A stretch of DNA of 64,000 nucleotides, taken from NCBI RefSeq assembly GCF_008831285.2, contig NC_045138.2:16306001-16370000 (forward strand), written 5' to 3'. The translations under genes and the position numbers were made by a program. The notes beneath the pieces are model-generated. The model was not told the origin of the DNA, made no database searches, and was given only the letters and a program-made list of their open reading frames with translations. Source of the DNA: Nymphaea colorata (Eukaryota). The stretch's first letter is position 1. Every line of letters starts with the position of its first letter. Below are positions 27,891 to 40,865 of this stretch, in pieces.

Positions 27891-29430
27891 CTCAAGGAAG
27901 AACATGCAAAAATATTCACTTATATGTTCATATTATGTAACAGGTAAGGCTTATATGTATTATTCTACTGCATACTTCGATGACCAGAGGTAACGTAATA
28001 AATCTGCCATATCCTCCTCAGCTCTTAGTCTGCCCGCCATATCGATGCTTCCATGACCTATGACTTCCAAGTCTTTCCCCCCCTGTCGTTACTGGTTCCG
28101 TTCAACAGTTCACATTGCCAGTCAATCTAAAGTCAACAGCTTGTTCATTACGGGAATCGGATGCCAATGTCTGATACTTTTTGAGTTGCATCTGAGAAAG
28201 TTGGAGCAGATCAAGGCGTCCGAGTTCAGAAGAGCTATAGATTGTGAACAAACTGCCTTTAACATGAATATTAAGTGATCTATTTTAGTTTTGATCTTTG
28301 ATATTATAAGCGGTATAATGCGAAAGAAAGTTCTGTACGTCGCTCCTTGTATATAACAAACGTTTGCTAGATGTAGATGATATTATTAATATGTATATTT
28401 ACTTTCATACCCAAACATTGCATATGCATGTGCATAAAATAACAAATAAGTATGAGATAATGTTTATGAGATAACAAAAGATTTATAAGATAATGAAATA
28501 AAGCTAAACGTAAGTATAAGATAATGTTTATATAACTATAAGATAATGCTTATGAGATAAATATTTATGAAATAGTGAGATATTGGACAGATGTATGAGA
28601 TAGCGCTAAACATAAGTATGAGATAATATTTATAAGATAATGAGGTAAAGCTATGAACGAGGTAAAAAAATTGAAAACGTTTTTTTTATTGCTTAAAAGG
28701 ATATATTGGTCATAACAATATACTGACAAATTTTACCTTTATCAAATCTTCAAATCTTCTTTTTTGTGGTTTTTTATTTTGTCCCTACAAAATGTTTTTT
28801 TTTTTATTAATCACAAGTATTTTTTGTCATTAATCAAATGACGCATGACATACACAGGGGCAGCAGCATATATAACCAACTTCGGTATAATGCTTATAGT
28901 CTACTTTCAAGCCTTAACCTTCGTTCACAAAAATTTTTTGCCTTCTTTCCTGGTTTTTCTAAAGCAGTTTCTAGAATTTTGTTAACTTCTGACATATCAG
29001 AGTGGTGTGTGTGGATCGCAAGGGAGGAGGGAAGGGATGGTTACCAAATCAATTTCTGCAGTTCATCAAAAACAGAGTTTTCCAGAGCTCTTTTGAATTC
29101 AGAAGCCTTCATGAGTGCTCCAACTTTCTTAGATGCTAAAAGTAGCAGATTAGCGTCGGATTCACATGAATGAAACAAGCGGATGACTGTGTAGATTGAC
29201 GAGCAATATGAACAGATGAACTAAACCAGTGAATACAGTAGAATGAGGGAAAAGACTCGAAGTCGTTGGTCATGGAAGAATCATATGGCCGGACTGAGAG
29301 CTCATGAGGATATGGCAGACTTGAATATGTTAGGTGTGGTCATCGAGGTATATAGTAGAATAATAAGCACTTAGGCCTATCTGTTCCATATTGCTAAGAC
29401 ATAAATGTTTTTGTATGTTTTTGCTTGTAG
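27891..29430. repeat. Diverged long inverted repeat (arms ~27891-28240 and ~29081-29430)
   Basis: E.g. TCTGCCATATCCTC vs GAGGATATGGCAGA; TTCCATGACC vs GGTCATGGAA; GAAAGTTGGAGCA vs TGCTCCAACTTTC; TATTATTCTACT vs AGTAGAATAATA. Confidence 0.85.
28440..28660. repeat. Degenerate minisatellite (ATAAGTATGAGATAATG-like)
   Basis: Repeated TATGAGATAATG / TATAAGATAATG motifs. Confidence 0.7.
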
Positions 29431-32400
29431 TCGGGTTCCATGTGCTGACGACTGACTTAGATTTCAGGGCTTGCGATTTCCATGGGAGTCAAGGATATGA
29501 GCCACCATCTCTAATAATGGCTGCCTTCTCTATTTTGATCCAATGAATATTATCAGCATCGATCTTCCATGGTTATAATAGTATATTATGCCACCTTCCT
29601 TGTTTGCTTGGTTTACTGGGGAAGTTCTCTTGAAATTTTAAAGCAACAAATAATGATAAAGAACCAGTGTTACTAACGATGCTAATATTCAACCCATGTT
29701 GCTAAATAAACAAGTGAATTAGCTCATATCGTCTCATACGAATTAGTCTAAGTCGGTGATTTTAGAACAAATAATACGAAGATATTAAAAAGATCACCAT
29801 CCTTATTACATTAGCTAATTTAAACTTAATAAATATGTATATTAATGGAGTCAGTCGTCGGCCCAAGCCGATTTTGCTGACTGCATACTGTGGTTTAAAA
29901 TCTAGAGTTTCTGATAATAGTCCAAGCTGACGTAGTACATGTGCAAAGTTTCGCCCTAAACAACATTTTTTTTCTGCAACTTCTCAATTTGTCTACTCCA
30001 AAATTTTCACTCCCATATCCTCTTGAAGACTTCGAGAAAGTGACATCATAATTTTTAAATGAACGGATTGCTGGGAGGATGTTTTTTTTTTTTATTTATT
30101 TAATTGTGTTCTACTTGACGTCAAATTACAGTTTTAATAATATATATATATATACATATAATGTCACGCATTACAGTATAATAAATTTGCCGATCGCAGA
30201 AATCAAAGGCAACAAGTTGCTGTCTTTTTAAGTGTGTACTATTTTTTTTTTTATTTGGTAGTTGATTTGTCACTAGTGATTTAATGTTGGCCCCAATCTG
30301 TTGGCTGCCTGATGGCTTAAAAATCGTGGTTAAATATTCCACAAGCCAATGCTAGTACTTCGATTGCATGGTATATTTAGTAATGGTTTTCAGCTTGCTA
30401 AAATTTAAAAACTCTGTAGCTAAAAGCACATAGACTGCCGCTAAATTCACCATAAACCTTTGTTACACTATAAACTATCATGAATATCAAGGCAATGACT
30501 ATTTTTTAGCAACATGTTTTTTAGATGTTAACAATCTTATATATATATATATATATATATATATACGGCTATGTACATCAGATGCAACTGGATTTGGATG
30601 TCCATCAAAATCGATCAGATGCTCTGTTGAGTTCTGATCTGTAAAGGAATTTTTCCCTGCATGTAGAAATTAAGAAAAATAAGAAAGATACCATGTTCAT
30701 TTCTTCTTCTGTAGGCTTGTATGCGGTATAAGATCGAATGTTGCTTCTGCCTACATATTATATCGCCGCTCGAGGAAGTATTATTCCATTGTTCGTAGCC
30801 ATCAGGCCAGTTGCGAAAATGTCGGCAGACTATGACTCTATGAGTTAAAATGAAGTTCATCAACATTCAATTGATAAACCGTATTTCATAAGCATTCTAT
30901 ACATGATTTCGGTTTTAGTTTTCAGCTTCGAAATTTCAATCTACATATTGAAGCGACAGAAATGTCGCCGTCTAGATCGATGACGGCACATGGGAGTCGT
31001 CAGCAAGACAAATCAAGACCGCCATCGTTATGGTTCAGAGAAAAACACAAAAAAAAATGTGATGTGTATTTTTATGATAGAGTATTACTTGACACTTTTT
31101 CTTTTCTTTTTTTCTCTCTACGGGTCAGTTTTGTCGAACTCGAATATCAGGTTCTCCTGTTGTGACAGCCATTAATAGAGTTAGAATTTTTTTTTTGAGG
31201 AAGCACTCATTCAATACCTATAATTTCATTGGAGCACTTACATGTATAACAATCAAATATATCAAAACATTAACATATATATTTAACTAATTTTATAAAG
31301 CTATTGCGAACAACTACCCACACCAACCACCATGTCGCTACGCCACACTGATAGCTATGCTCGATAGTCAAGGAAGGTGGGTGCTGAATATGGGGAGCAG
31401 TCCCTCATGACCAGGTGGTCCAGTGGGCTCCTGCTGGTGGTCCAGCGGTTGCGCTGCCATTCTAGGGAGTAAAAGAAAACTCAGTCCGATGGTCCCTCTA
31501 ATTGAAGTAATTCATGACAAAGACAAAAGAAGCTCCTCCTCTCCTCCGTAAGGAAACAAAATAGAGAAACTTGGGAAAGTTGACTCAAATTACCCTTGAA
31601 AGGACCCTACCGTACTGATGTAAATCCAGATGGCGTTATATTAGGGAATCTTGTATCTTTCTTATTTAGAAAATAATTAAAAAGCATCGTAACATTTTTA
31701 AAAATATATCACCAAAGACGATCGTTTCCATTTCCAAGCCAAATTGCTTAAGTTTACATAATTTGCTAACTCAGACAGCATAATCAAAGTTCAGAAACAA
31801 TAACTGAATTATTCTTGTCAATAGTAGAACTTTTCCACAGTGTGAAAGAAGAACTCTTGAGGTCGATGTTAAGGGCGGTGGGTGGAAGATGCCGAGTCGC
31901 CGCTTTCTCAGGGGAGTTATTCCACAAAGGCGGCTGAATTCAAAAGATTTGGCGTCTTCGAAGGACAGGAATGCAGTACATAAGTGACAAAGGCTCCAAA
32001 CTTGGAGATCCATGTTTCGGTCGACGGTCAAACTGTATAATTCTACAGAATTTGATGCTTAGACTTCTCTCCTGCTATGAGGTGAGAGCAGATCTTCTAA
32101 GATCAGTGAAAATTATTCCGGCCGAGGCAAAAGTTCGTTGGTGGAAGAAAGACCGAACGAGAAGAAGACGCGTCCCCTAGCGCTTTTTTGTCCGACCCAT
32201 ATTCTTTTGCCGTTTGGCCGTAGTCTTAAACACGGATCTTCGTGCTTTTTTGCTTTTTATGGAATTTCTTATCACACTCGCTACCACTCATCAGATAAGA
32301 ACAAGTGTTTTGGTTTTAAAGATCACTAGTTTGGTTTATCTTCCTCAATTCAACCAGTAATATAGAATAGAATGTTGTCTGCTGTGGTAGTCCTAGAAAC

Positions 32401-33355
32401 TTTTTATTATTATTTACTGCCTAATTATTATTTATTGGTGGATCGAAAGGGAAACTTTTTTTTTTAACAATCTTTTCCTTTTTTTTTCAAATTTGTTTTT
32501 TTTTTCCTTTATTTTGTTTTCCAATCACAAGGATCAGCCGGCCCCAACAACACATCGAACTCGGGGCCAAGTTGCATGGGTTACCCTAGTGATGCAACTC
32601 GTGTACACCAAAGGGATTTGGTGGCACTTTAGCTATTATTGAAGAAGAACTAAGACATTTTTGGGATTTGAAGTTTTACACATCTTTTACCAAAAACAAA
32701 AAAAAAAAAGTTTTTCACTTCCCAATTTGTGACATATGAAGAGCATTTCATAATTTAGGAAATGAGGTGGTGTACATAACCAGCTTTGGGCAGTCGCGAC
32801 CGACTCCCACTAAACCGAGATGTGTGCACCAGCCCAGGGTATATAGACACCAGCCAGGTGGGTCTAGACTGCATTGGGCGGACCACTTCAATGCACATAC
32901 ACATTTGCACCCAAGACATATTGGATGACATTCTTGTTATTTTTTAAAAAGAAATGAACATTTCAGAACATTTTTAGGGGCATTTCGGTCATTTCAGACC
33001 TCTATGTATCTAACCAGTACCCGTACATCTTCACGGTTGAATTGGACTACTTCCACTTCCACTTCCACTCACATGTTTGGTCAATTAAAAAGCTTCTTTT
33101 CCTTTCATGTTTCCCTTTCATGTAGCCAGATAGGAGAAGGTTTTATCGTCTAAACACAAGGGTACCAACTATTCGTCCGTCCGAGACCCAAACATAACAT
33201 CTTCAGCCGTCTTTATTTGACCACATATGTATTTATATATGTATTTAATTGAATTAACTATTAATTACTCTTGACCGAGACACCCATTGTACATGTATAT
33301 TGTATATATTATAGACAATATCTATATCCAAGGGCTAAATTTATGAATTAAACAG

Positions 33356-33427
33356 GCCCATTTAACTCGGCGGTAGAGTAACGCGATGGTAAGGGATAAG
33401 TCATCGGTTCAAATTCGATAAAGGGCT
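33356..33427 (+). pseudogene. trnT-GGU: Plastid-derived tRNA-Thr(GGU) pseudogene (NUPT)
   Basis: GCCCATTTAACTCGGCGGTAGAGTAACGCGATGGTAAGGGATAAGTCATCGGTTCAAATTCGATAAAGGGCT is 72 nt and closely matches plastid trnT-GGU as recalled. The anticodon stem is broken (ACGCG/GGGAT instead of ACGCC/GGCGT). Confidence 0.88.
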
Positions 33428-34011
33428 TTCATGAACCTGCAATGGTCATTTTTGTGTATCCTATAGAAATGGTATAAAAAAAAAGGAACTGCCCGTCAAA
33501 GTTATAATAAGTTATGGGGTTGAACACTTGTCTACTATGTTATCTAGGGATATACTCTGGTTATTCATATTAATTTTTTCTTGGGACATAGATATTCTAG
33601 ATAATTTACCAAAGTATTCATTATTCTAGATAATTTACCAAAGTATTCATACTTCTCTCTTGTTTCAATTAGGATCAAATGTATATGAAGCTGAAAATAG
33701 ACCAATTTGTGATCACCCTTCCATTAAAATTAGCAAAAGCAGCGTCTCCTTGCATAATATGGATTCTAAATATTTAAGATCTGTATGTGAATGTGTCGAA
33801 TTACTTTTCCCTTGGTCTATTAGTAGACCATCTCCCCAAAGATTGTGAAAGATGTTCCACTAAAAATATTCTTGCTATTGCTTGGACTTATTCCCCAAAA
33901 GTCCAAATAAATTAGATACATATATTAAGATACAAAAGTTTCTTATTCCACAACAATGAAAGCACTTTTTCATTCTTTCATATATTGTGAGGGGATTCGG
34001 CTTGGAAAACA

Positions 34012-34042
<31 letters not shown>

Positions 34043-34551
34043 TACAACAGCACAATGTGGCCCTAATTTTTTTTGTGTGACAATAGGTGAGTAAATAAAG
34101 GAAAAAATATCATGTTCGGATAAGTGAATGGTTAACGATCTTTTACCAGGCAAAGAGGCTCATGTGCACCCCAATACTGTAGAGGCAGCGAGGAATGGTT
34201 GAAGTCATTTTCATTGTCTTCAATTCAACTAAACCTAGTTGTATATACAATAGTGATGCATGAGTTTTCATGTGTCTAAAATACCTTTAGTTTACATGAA
34301 AAAAAAAATTTGTAAAAACAAAATAAAATATAAAAAATACGTTTTTAATAAATTAACAAAATATCCTTCGTTCTTTTTAAGTGCAGACATTCTGCCAAGT
34401 GCACCTAGCTTCCTCTTTAATTCAACGGTCTGTAATTTACCCATAGCTGAGCAATAATGAGGGGAGGATTTTACAAAGAAGACGTTGAAAGGAAAAGGCC
34501 CAAATTCGGAAAATGACTAATTTGGTGGGTTAAATCTGAAAAGTGTTCCTC

Positions 34552-34559
34552 TATATAAA
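34552..34559 (+). promoter_or_regulatory. TATA box of BAHD-2
   Basis: TTCCTCTATATAAACA about 90 bp upstream of ATG 34645; the same context precedes BAHD-3. Confidence 0.75.
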
Positions 34560-34644
34560 CAACAGGTATGCACCCCAGCTACCGCACAGCCACCTTCACT
34601 TCTCGACCTCTTCCTACCGCTGGTCCTAAACGAAAGAAGAGAGA

Positions 34645-35943
34645 ATGAAGATCAAGATAGAGAGTTCCAAACTCGTGAAGCCAAGCTACGAGTCCCCAAC
34701 CCACCCTGCAACCGACGTCCTCATCCCTCTCAGCCTCTTCGACGCCGTCACCTTCGACACCCACGTCGGCGGCCTCTACGTCTACCGGCCGCCCACCCCG
34801 CCGAACCGAGTGATCGAGCAGGGCCTGCGCAAGGCCCTTGTAGAGTACAGGGAGTGGGCCGGCCGCTTCGTCTACGACGCCGACGACCGCCGCTGCATCA
34901 TTCTCAACGACGAGGGTCTGCCCTTCGTCGAGGCCAGCTCGGAGTACCCCCTCGGCAGCATCCTGGACGAGCCCTCGCCCCATCACCTCGACCTGCACCC
35001 GTCCCTCGATGCCCCCGACTTCCTAGCCCAGGTGCAGCTCACCCGGTTCGCTTGCGGCACCCTCGTGGTGGCCTTCACCAGCAACCACATGGTCGCAGAT
35101 GGGTTGGCTACCAGCGGCTTCATCGTTGCCTGGGGCCGAGCCACCCGCGGCCTCCCCATGGACCCTCTTCCGCTGCACGACCGCTCCATATTCGTCCCCC
35201 GCGACCCTCCCCGCTTCCAGTTCCAGCACCGAGGGGTCGAGTACGTCGACCGCCGGGCCACCACCAAACACTCGGACCCCGAGGACACCATAGTCGTTCA
35301 CAAGGCACGCTTCCCCCATGACTTTGTAGCGAAGCTCAAGTCCGAGGCCTCCGTTAACAGCCCTTATACAAAGCCTTTTACGACCTTCGAGTGCGTTATG
35401 GCTCACCTTTGGAGGAAGATCACCAGCGCCAGAGGACTGAGCGGGAAGGAGACGACCAAGGTGAAGATTGCGGTGAACGGGCGCAGCAGAGTGAGCAACC
35501 CGTCGGTGCCCATGAGGTACTTCGGCAACGTGGTGCTGTGGGCTGTGCCGCAGTCCAGGGTGGAAGACCTGTTGGCCAAGCCGGTGGATCATGCAGCGGC
35601 GCTCATTCACGATGCCGTTGCTCGGGTGGACGACGACTACTTCAGGTCCTTCATCGACTTCTCGAGCTCCAAGGAGAAGATGGAAGGGCTGGTGCCGAGC
35701 GCGGACGAGGAGGAGATGGTGCTGAGCCCGGACCTGGAGGTGGACTGCTGGCTGAAGTTCCCTTACTATGGCTTGGACTTCGGTGCCGGGAGCCCTTACC
35801 TCTTCGTGCCTTCGCATCTGCCGGTGGAAGGGCTGCTGATCATCGTGCCTTCTTTGGCCGGCGTTGGTGATATTGACGTCTACGTTCCCCTCTTTGAGAA
35901 GAATGTGGACTCCTTCAAGAGTGGCCTGTTTTCACTGGATTAG
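34645..35943 (+). CDS. BAHD acyltransferase, clade IV (agmatine coumaroyltransferase-like), 432 aa, intronless (BAHD-2)
   Basis: HMVAD, VLWAVP, EVDCWL, DFGAG; full-length paralog of BAHD-1. Confidence 0.96.
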   Translation: MKIKIESSKLVKPSYESPTHPATDVLIPLSLFDAVTFDTHVGGLYVYRPPTPPNRVIEQGLRKALVEYREWAGRFVYDADDRRCIILNDEGLPFVEASSEYPLGSILDEPSPHHLDLHPSLDAPDFLAQVQLTRFACGTLVVAFTSNHMVADGLATSGFIVAWGRATRGLPMDPLPLHDRSIFVPRDPPRFQFQHRGVEYVDRRATTKHSDPEDTIVVHKARFPHDFVAKLKSEASVNSPYTKPFTTFECVMAHLWRKITSARGLSGKETTKVKIAVNGRSRVSNPSVPMRYFGNVVLWAVPQSRVEDLLAKPVDHAAALIHDAVARVDDDYFRSFIDFSSSKEKMEGLVPSADEEEMVLSPDLEVDCWLKFPYYGLDFGAGSPYLFVPSHLPVEGLLIIVPSLAGVGDIDVYVPLFEKNVDSFKSGLFSLD

Positions 35944-36390
35944 GAGTGAACATCAAATGTCGTCGTTCTTATCTCGAGAGAAAGACTCCGGTGACACTAT
36001 GTACTTGATAATGATGTTCCTAGTTTCATTTCTTAACCTTTTTTTTTCTTTTTCTTGTGTTTTTAATATATCATCACCTTCCAATACTGCAAGCCAGCGG
36101 TTAGCCGGATGACGTTTACATTAGGGGCGTGTTTATTTAATCTGATCCCGGATAGGGAGATCGGAAGTAAAACAAATGACGGATTTCTATTTTATAGATT
36201 TCAAATCCATGAGAGCTGGAATCCATGAATTAGAGACGGAACCACAGACTGCTTAATTATTGGGCTCAGCCAGACTATCAACTTCATACTTAGTTATTGT
36301 TTCAAGTCAAACCATCAACTTCATACCCAGTTTGATGTCTATTCTTATTTGAATAATATCTCATAAACACATATAGATGTATCAAATGTT

Positions 36391-36521
36391 TCTAAAAAGA
36401 GTCATTAGTTGCATACAAAAAGTTTTTAAGGAAGCCTTCGGCAATGCATATATATATATATATATGCATTGCCGAAGGCTTCCTTATAAACTTTTGGATG
36501 CAACTAATGACTCTTTTTAGA
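36391..36521. repeat. 131-bp near-perfect palindrome centred on (TA)n
   Basis: TCTAAAAAGAGTCATTAGTTGCAT...GGAAGCCTTCGGCAATGCA(TA)nTGCATTGCCGAAGGCTTCC...ATGCAACTAATGACTCTTTTTAGA. Confidence 0.95.
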
Positions 36522-36715
36522 GAGAGAAAGAGAGAGATAAATAAAATAAAAAAAAAGAGAGATTATTGTTAAATACATTCATGGAGATGGGTTGGACCCT
36601 CAATACCCAGCTGGGGCCAGTTCTTGCCTGATAAGTTTTGTTAATCAGGTCGGCTCTGTATGATGGATCAGATATCCGACTATTCATCAGGTAGTAGGCC
36701 ATGTTACCTAACATG

Positions 36716-36767
<52 letters not shown>

Positions 36768-39029
36768 AATTGTGGAGAAAACAACTTAAAAGGTCGAAAG
36801 GTGGGGAGTACTTATCAAAGGTACAATTATGAATGTACACATTTTCAGAATTCAACAAGGAATTTCTTCATGACCAAGTTTTTCTTTCTCCAATATGATG
36901 TGATGTGATCGCGATTTTTGCTTTTTGATAAGAAGTGGATTTGTGCATTTTAAATTATAAAAGACCACGTCTGAAACGGTCGACAACATACGCGAAAATG
37001 TGCGAAGCTGCGAAAAGACCGAAATACCCCCGTCAATCTAGTGTGCATTTTCCGTACGAGGCGTGAGAATCCGATTCTCACTATCCTGAACCCGGTCCAT
37101 CGGAGATTTCATTCGTCCAACACCACTCTTGTTCAACCTCACATATGGAATGACACGGAATTATTTTTTCCTTTTTTAAATTTCGATGGAGGTTTTGTCC
37201 ATAAACTTTTTGCTGTTTTAGGAGCCAATGATTTTTCTTTTTTAAAAAAAAAAATTATGTCTAAAAATGCTTGAACTAAAAAAAATGACAGACGTGATAT
37301 TCTTTCGTATTAAGAATATCATATCATATTTACAATTTAACTATCCAATTTAGTCCCAAAGAAAAGGATGACGACGACCATCTGTTTAGTATTTCCCACA
37401 AACTCCAATTGCTTCTTTCTACCATCTCACTTCCATACTTGGGCTTCCCATATCGTTTTGAAGGGATTCCGTTTCCTATTCTAATAATCCTTGCGATTTA
37501 TAGGACGATTTCATATATTGATTACCAAACGATGGAAGGATGCCTTGAAGAAGTTGAAGCCCTCTGTCATGTTTATAAGGTTGAAGGCTGCTTTGTCATT
37601 GAGGTGACGATAAATACACCACCCATCAACTAAAAGTATTACACATACATAGTTTGCAGTTCAATGAAATAGTGTCTACAAGAATCAAACTGATGATCGG
37701 ATTTTTACCAACCAGCATAGCATCTGACCAGTTATGCTAATCCCCTCAAAACTATAGTTTATCAAGGGGAGAAATATATCATGAAGGGGAAAAGTTAAAT
37801 CTTGTAGATTTCAAACTCTGATTGCTTTATAGCAACTAAAGTAAGGTACCTCACCCCACAACAATTGGCTGAGCAAGAGGAGGGGCGGGTGCCATGCATT
37901 GAATTCTTGTTCAGTTACTAAACAGTAAATTGAGCTATGTCGTAGGATTAATGGAGGCCCGGATAAGTAAATGTAGGGATGTCAACATATCAAATTTGAA
38001 TTGAATATACCTTTAATTATATTACTTTTTTTTTTATATATTCATGTACTTGGATTCAAATATGAACAAGAAAAAGTCACATTTGAATCCGAATTTGAAA
38101 TCCAATTTTTACATTTGTATCTGAATCCGAATCTAAATCAGAAATTTCAACTGAATGTGACCGATTTTTAAAATGTAAGAGCATTAAATATAGCGTATTT
38201 GTTTAAAAATAAAATCTAATCCTAATCTGAATCTAATCAAATGTACATCTATATCCAAATTTGAATCCAATTACATGTCATTTCTTAAATTTTAATCTAA
38301 TCCAATTTCTGAATCGAATATTACATTTTCCCCGTGTCCGACTTTTTCAAAACGGTTTTATATAATATCTAATTCAAGTCAAATATTTTGGCATCCTTAA
38401 ATAAATGTGAAAGGAAGATTCATTCGTGACAGCACCTTGGTGGGTGGCGAAGGCCGGAGAAAAGCAAATATGCACGGTAGAAATGTAAAGGCTGGGAAAG
38501 GATTTGAATAAGGTACAACTATTATCATATTCAACCGACCACAGTTTTATATTGTTTTCAATTTGTTTATATGACTCGGATCTAGCGCAGCCCCTTAACT
38601 GGAAAGTATTCATGCCCTGACCACGTTGATAACGTCCTGCATACGATTTATTGTTGTTGGCATGTTTCGAAATCGGTCGACGACAGATAGTCGCGATGGG
38701 GAGAGCTGCCTAATATAAAAGTCCTTTTATCAATTCAACGTCACAGGTGCTATAATTTTGTATACGGCACATAACCTAATGAAAAATCATGATCAGAAGG
38801 TCATCATCTGAAAAGATGATCAAAACATATATTATAGATGCAACACGGACAGTTGAAGATGCGGACAACAATCAACATCATGCTGGAATATATTTCTGAT
38901 TATCATAAGTGGCGCTGGGTTGGCCGTAACACAAGTGATTAAACCAGTTCCAAAACTTCCTGTTCTCTTTTTTGTCTATTGTAAACTTTAAGCTTGGTAG
39001 AGGTCTGATCAGTTTGTTTATTGGGTAAA

Positions 39030-39385
39030 TAGAATGGATCTCTGGCCTTCCATTTCTGGGATATGGTCATCCAGTCGATTTGCTGTTGGGATGGAGATAT
39101 TCGAAGTATAGTTTACAAGGTGAAGATCAAAGAGATCCAGTGTCATTTTGCAGGCAACAGGTTGATGCCGGCCCTATACTCAGAAATGGGAGGCTTCGGA
39201 CTTGCTCTTGGGCTTTGTTCACTGCTTTCATAAGTTTCCCGGTTCGCCGTGGGAATGGATCTCTCTGTAATTAGTTTTTTGTCTTGATTCTTTTCCTTTT
39301 CTGTTATAATATGATTTTGTCGAACGTTCTTTAATTCTCTTCTAACAAATAAGGTGGTGGGGAGACCTTCTTCCAGCAGCATTGC
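39030..39385 (+). mobile_element. 3' end of a LINE remnant (shorter than its duplicate at 58680-59610)
   Basis: Homologous to 59228-59610, which follows a zf-RVT coding stretch. Confidence 0.55.
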
Positions 39386-40865
39386 GGAATTGAAAATTAG
39401 AAAGCGAACTTTCTTTTATATTAAGAATATACATCAGATTCGAGGATATTTGAGATATTGATATCTTTTAACAACAAAACTTAGATTCTTTTTTAAAGAA
39501 GCATGATTAATCGTAATACAAATCTGAAATCCAATGTGTCATACTCGGGGGAACTGATCGACCGAAGTAGCCCTCCTTCCTTTCTCCCAGTTATAAAACA
39601 GGGATGTGTGCGCAACTCGATCTCTTTTCTCTTGTAGATAAAAGGACTCTGCTAAGTTGAAGGACAATGGGAAGGAGATGTTATGTCATGTGAAAGGACA
39701 ATTTAGCAGAGAACAGGTCAACAATATGCGTTTTCTGAGCTAGTGTGTGTATTACACCCATCTTGGTCGTTGTGACTTCCCATGTCCATGAAAACTTAAT
39801 CTCTCGAGTATACATTCTGCTTCATGTCGGCTTTATATGATCCTTAGCTACGTAACAATACCAAGTAACGAAGCAAGTAAAATAAGGGGGGAAGAGTCAA
39901 TAATCTTGGTCAACAAGCTCAGGAACAACCGATTTAACAGAAAATTCGAGGGAATTGAAAAGCCGTAATAATGTGAAACTTGCTGTTTTATGTTGGAAAA
40001 TAATGTGAAAATAATGTGAATACTTTATGGTATTCAAGTCAATTACCCAATACTACAAGGCAAAGGAAAAGAGGGGACTTTCCAGCCTCTTTTCCCGACA
40101 GCAGGTTGTTAAATCTCTGGTTCAGCCGGAATATTCTGGTCAATTAGAACAAGTCATTGAAGGTTGTAACGAGTACGAATTCGCAGAGTCTAAAACAATG
40201 GCGGACCTACTTTTGCCGCTGTTTTTCTTTGACTGCATTTTATTGAAAGCTTGGAAGGCAAATTCCATGTTCATATTTTACGATTTTATATTCGCTTGTT
40301 TGGTGATGATGAATTTCACTTTAATGCATGGCAAATACTGGTTGTGGGTATAGTGACGATTGTGGATATAGGCTTTGTTTATGATTTTAAAATGCAAAAA
40401 AACGATAAACAAAACAAAAAAGGAAAAGAAAAAAATGAAGAATTTGGGAATAGCTTTCGAGCGAAGACTTGCAAAAGCAAACGCTATGGTTTTGATTCTA
40501 GGAAAGAACATACTGTTCATGAAGATCCAAGTAAAATCAAACCTTATTGAATGGAAATGAAAGAAGTGAAAAGACGGTCAATTAATTATTTGGAGGATAT
40601 GAACGTGACAGTCGTGAATCATGCATGGTTTACCTATGAATTGGTAGCAATAATTCTTTGAAAAATATTTGTTTAAACTAATTAGCGTAATAAAACCACC
40701 CATCAATCACCAAAGAAGATATTTATTAGTTTTTTTTTTTTTGTCACTGCAAATGGGCTGAGGAGAACCCTTTCGTCAATAGTGAAGGAAGAGTAAAGAA
40801 TCAAAGAATAACAAAGAACATCAAAAGACAAGGCTCATCGAGCCCACAGAGACCCCTGAACTATA

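Noticed and set aside
36716..36763. Long poly-A as a retrocopy or SINE tail
   Set aside because: No TSD, Pol III A/B boxes or processed-gene body identifiable upstream.
37500..37580. KRWKDALKKL as a TIR-domain fragment
   Set aside because: Too short; no other TIR motifs nearby.
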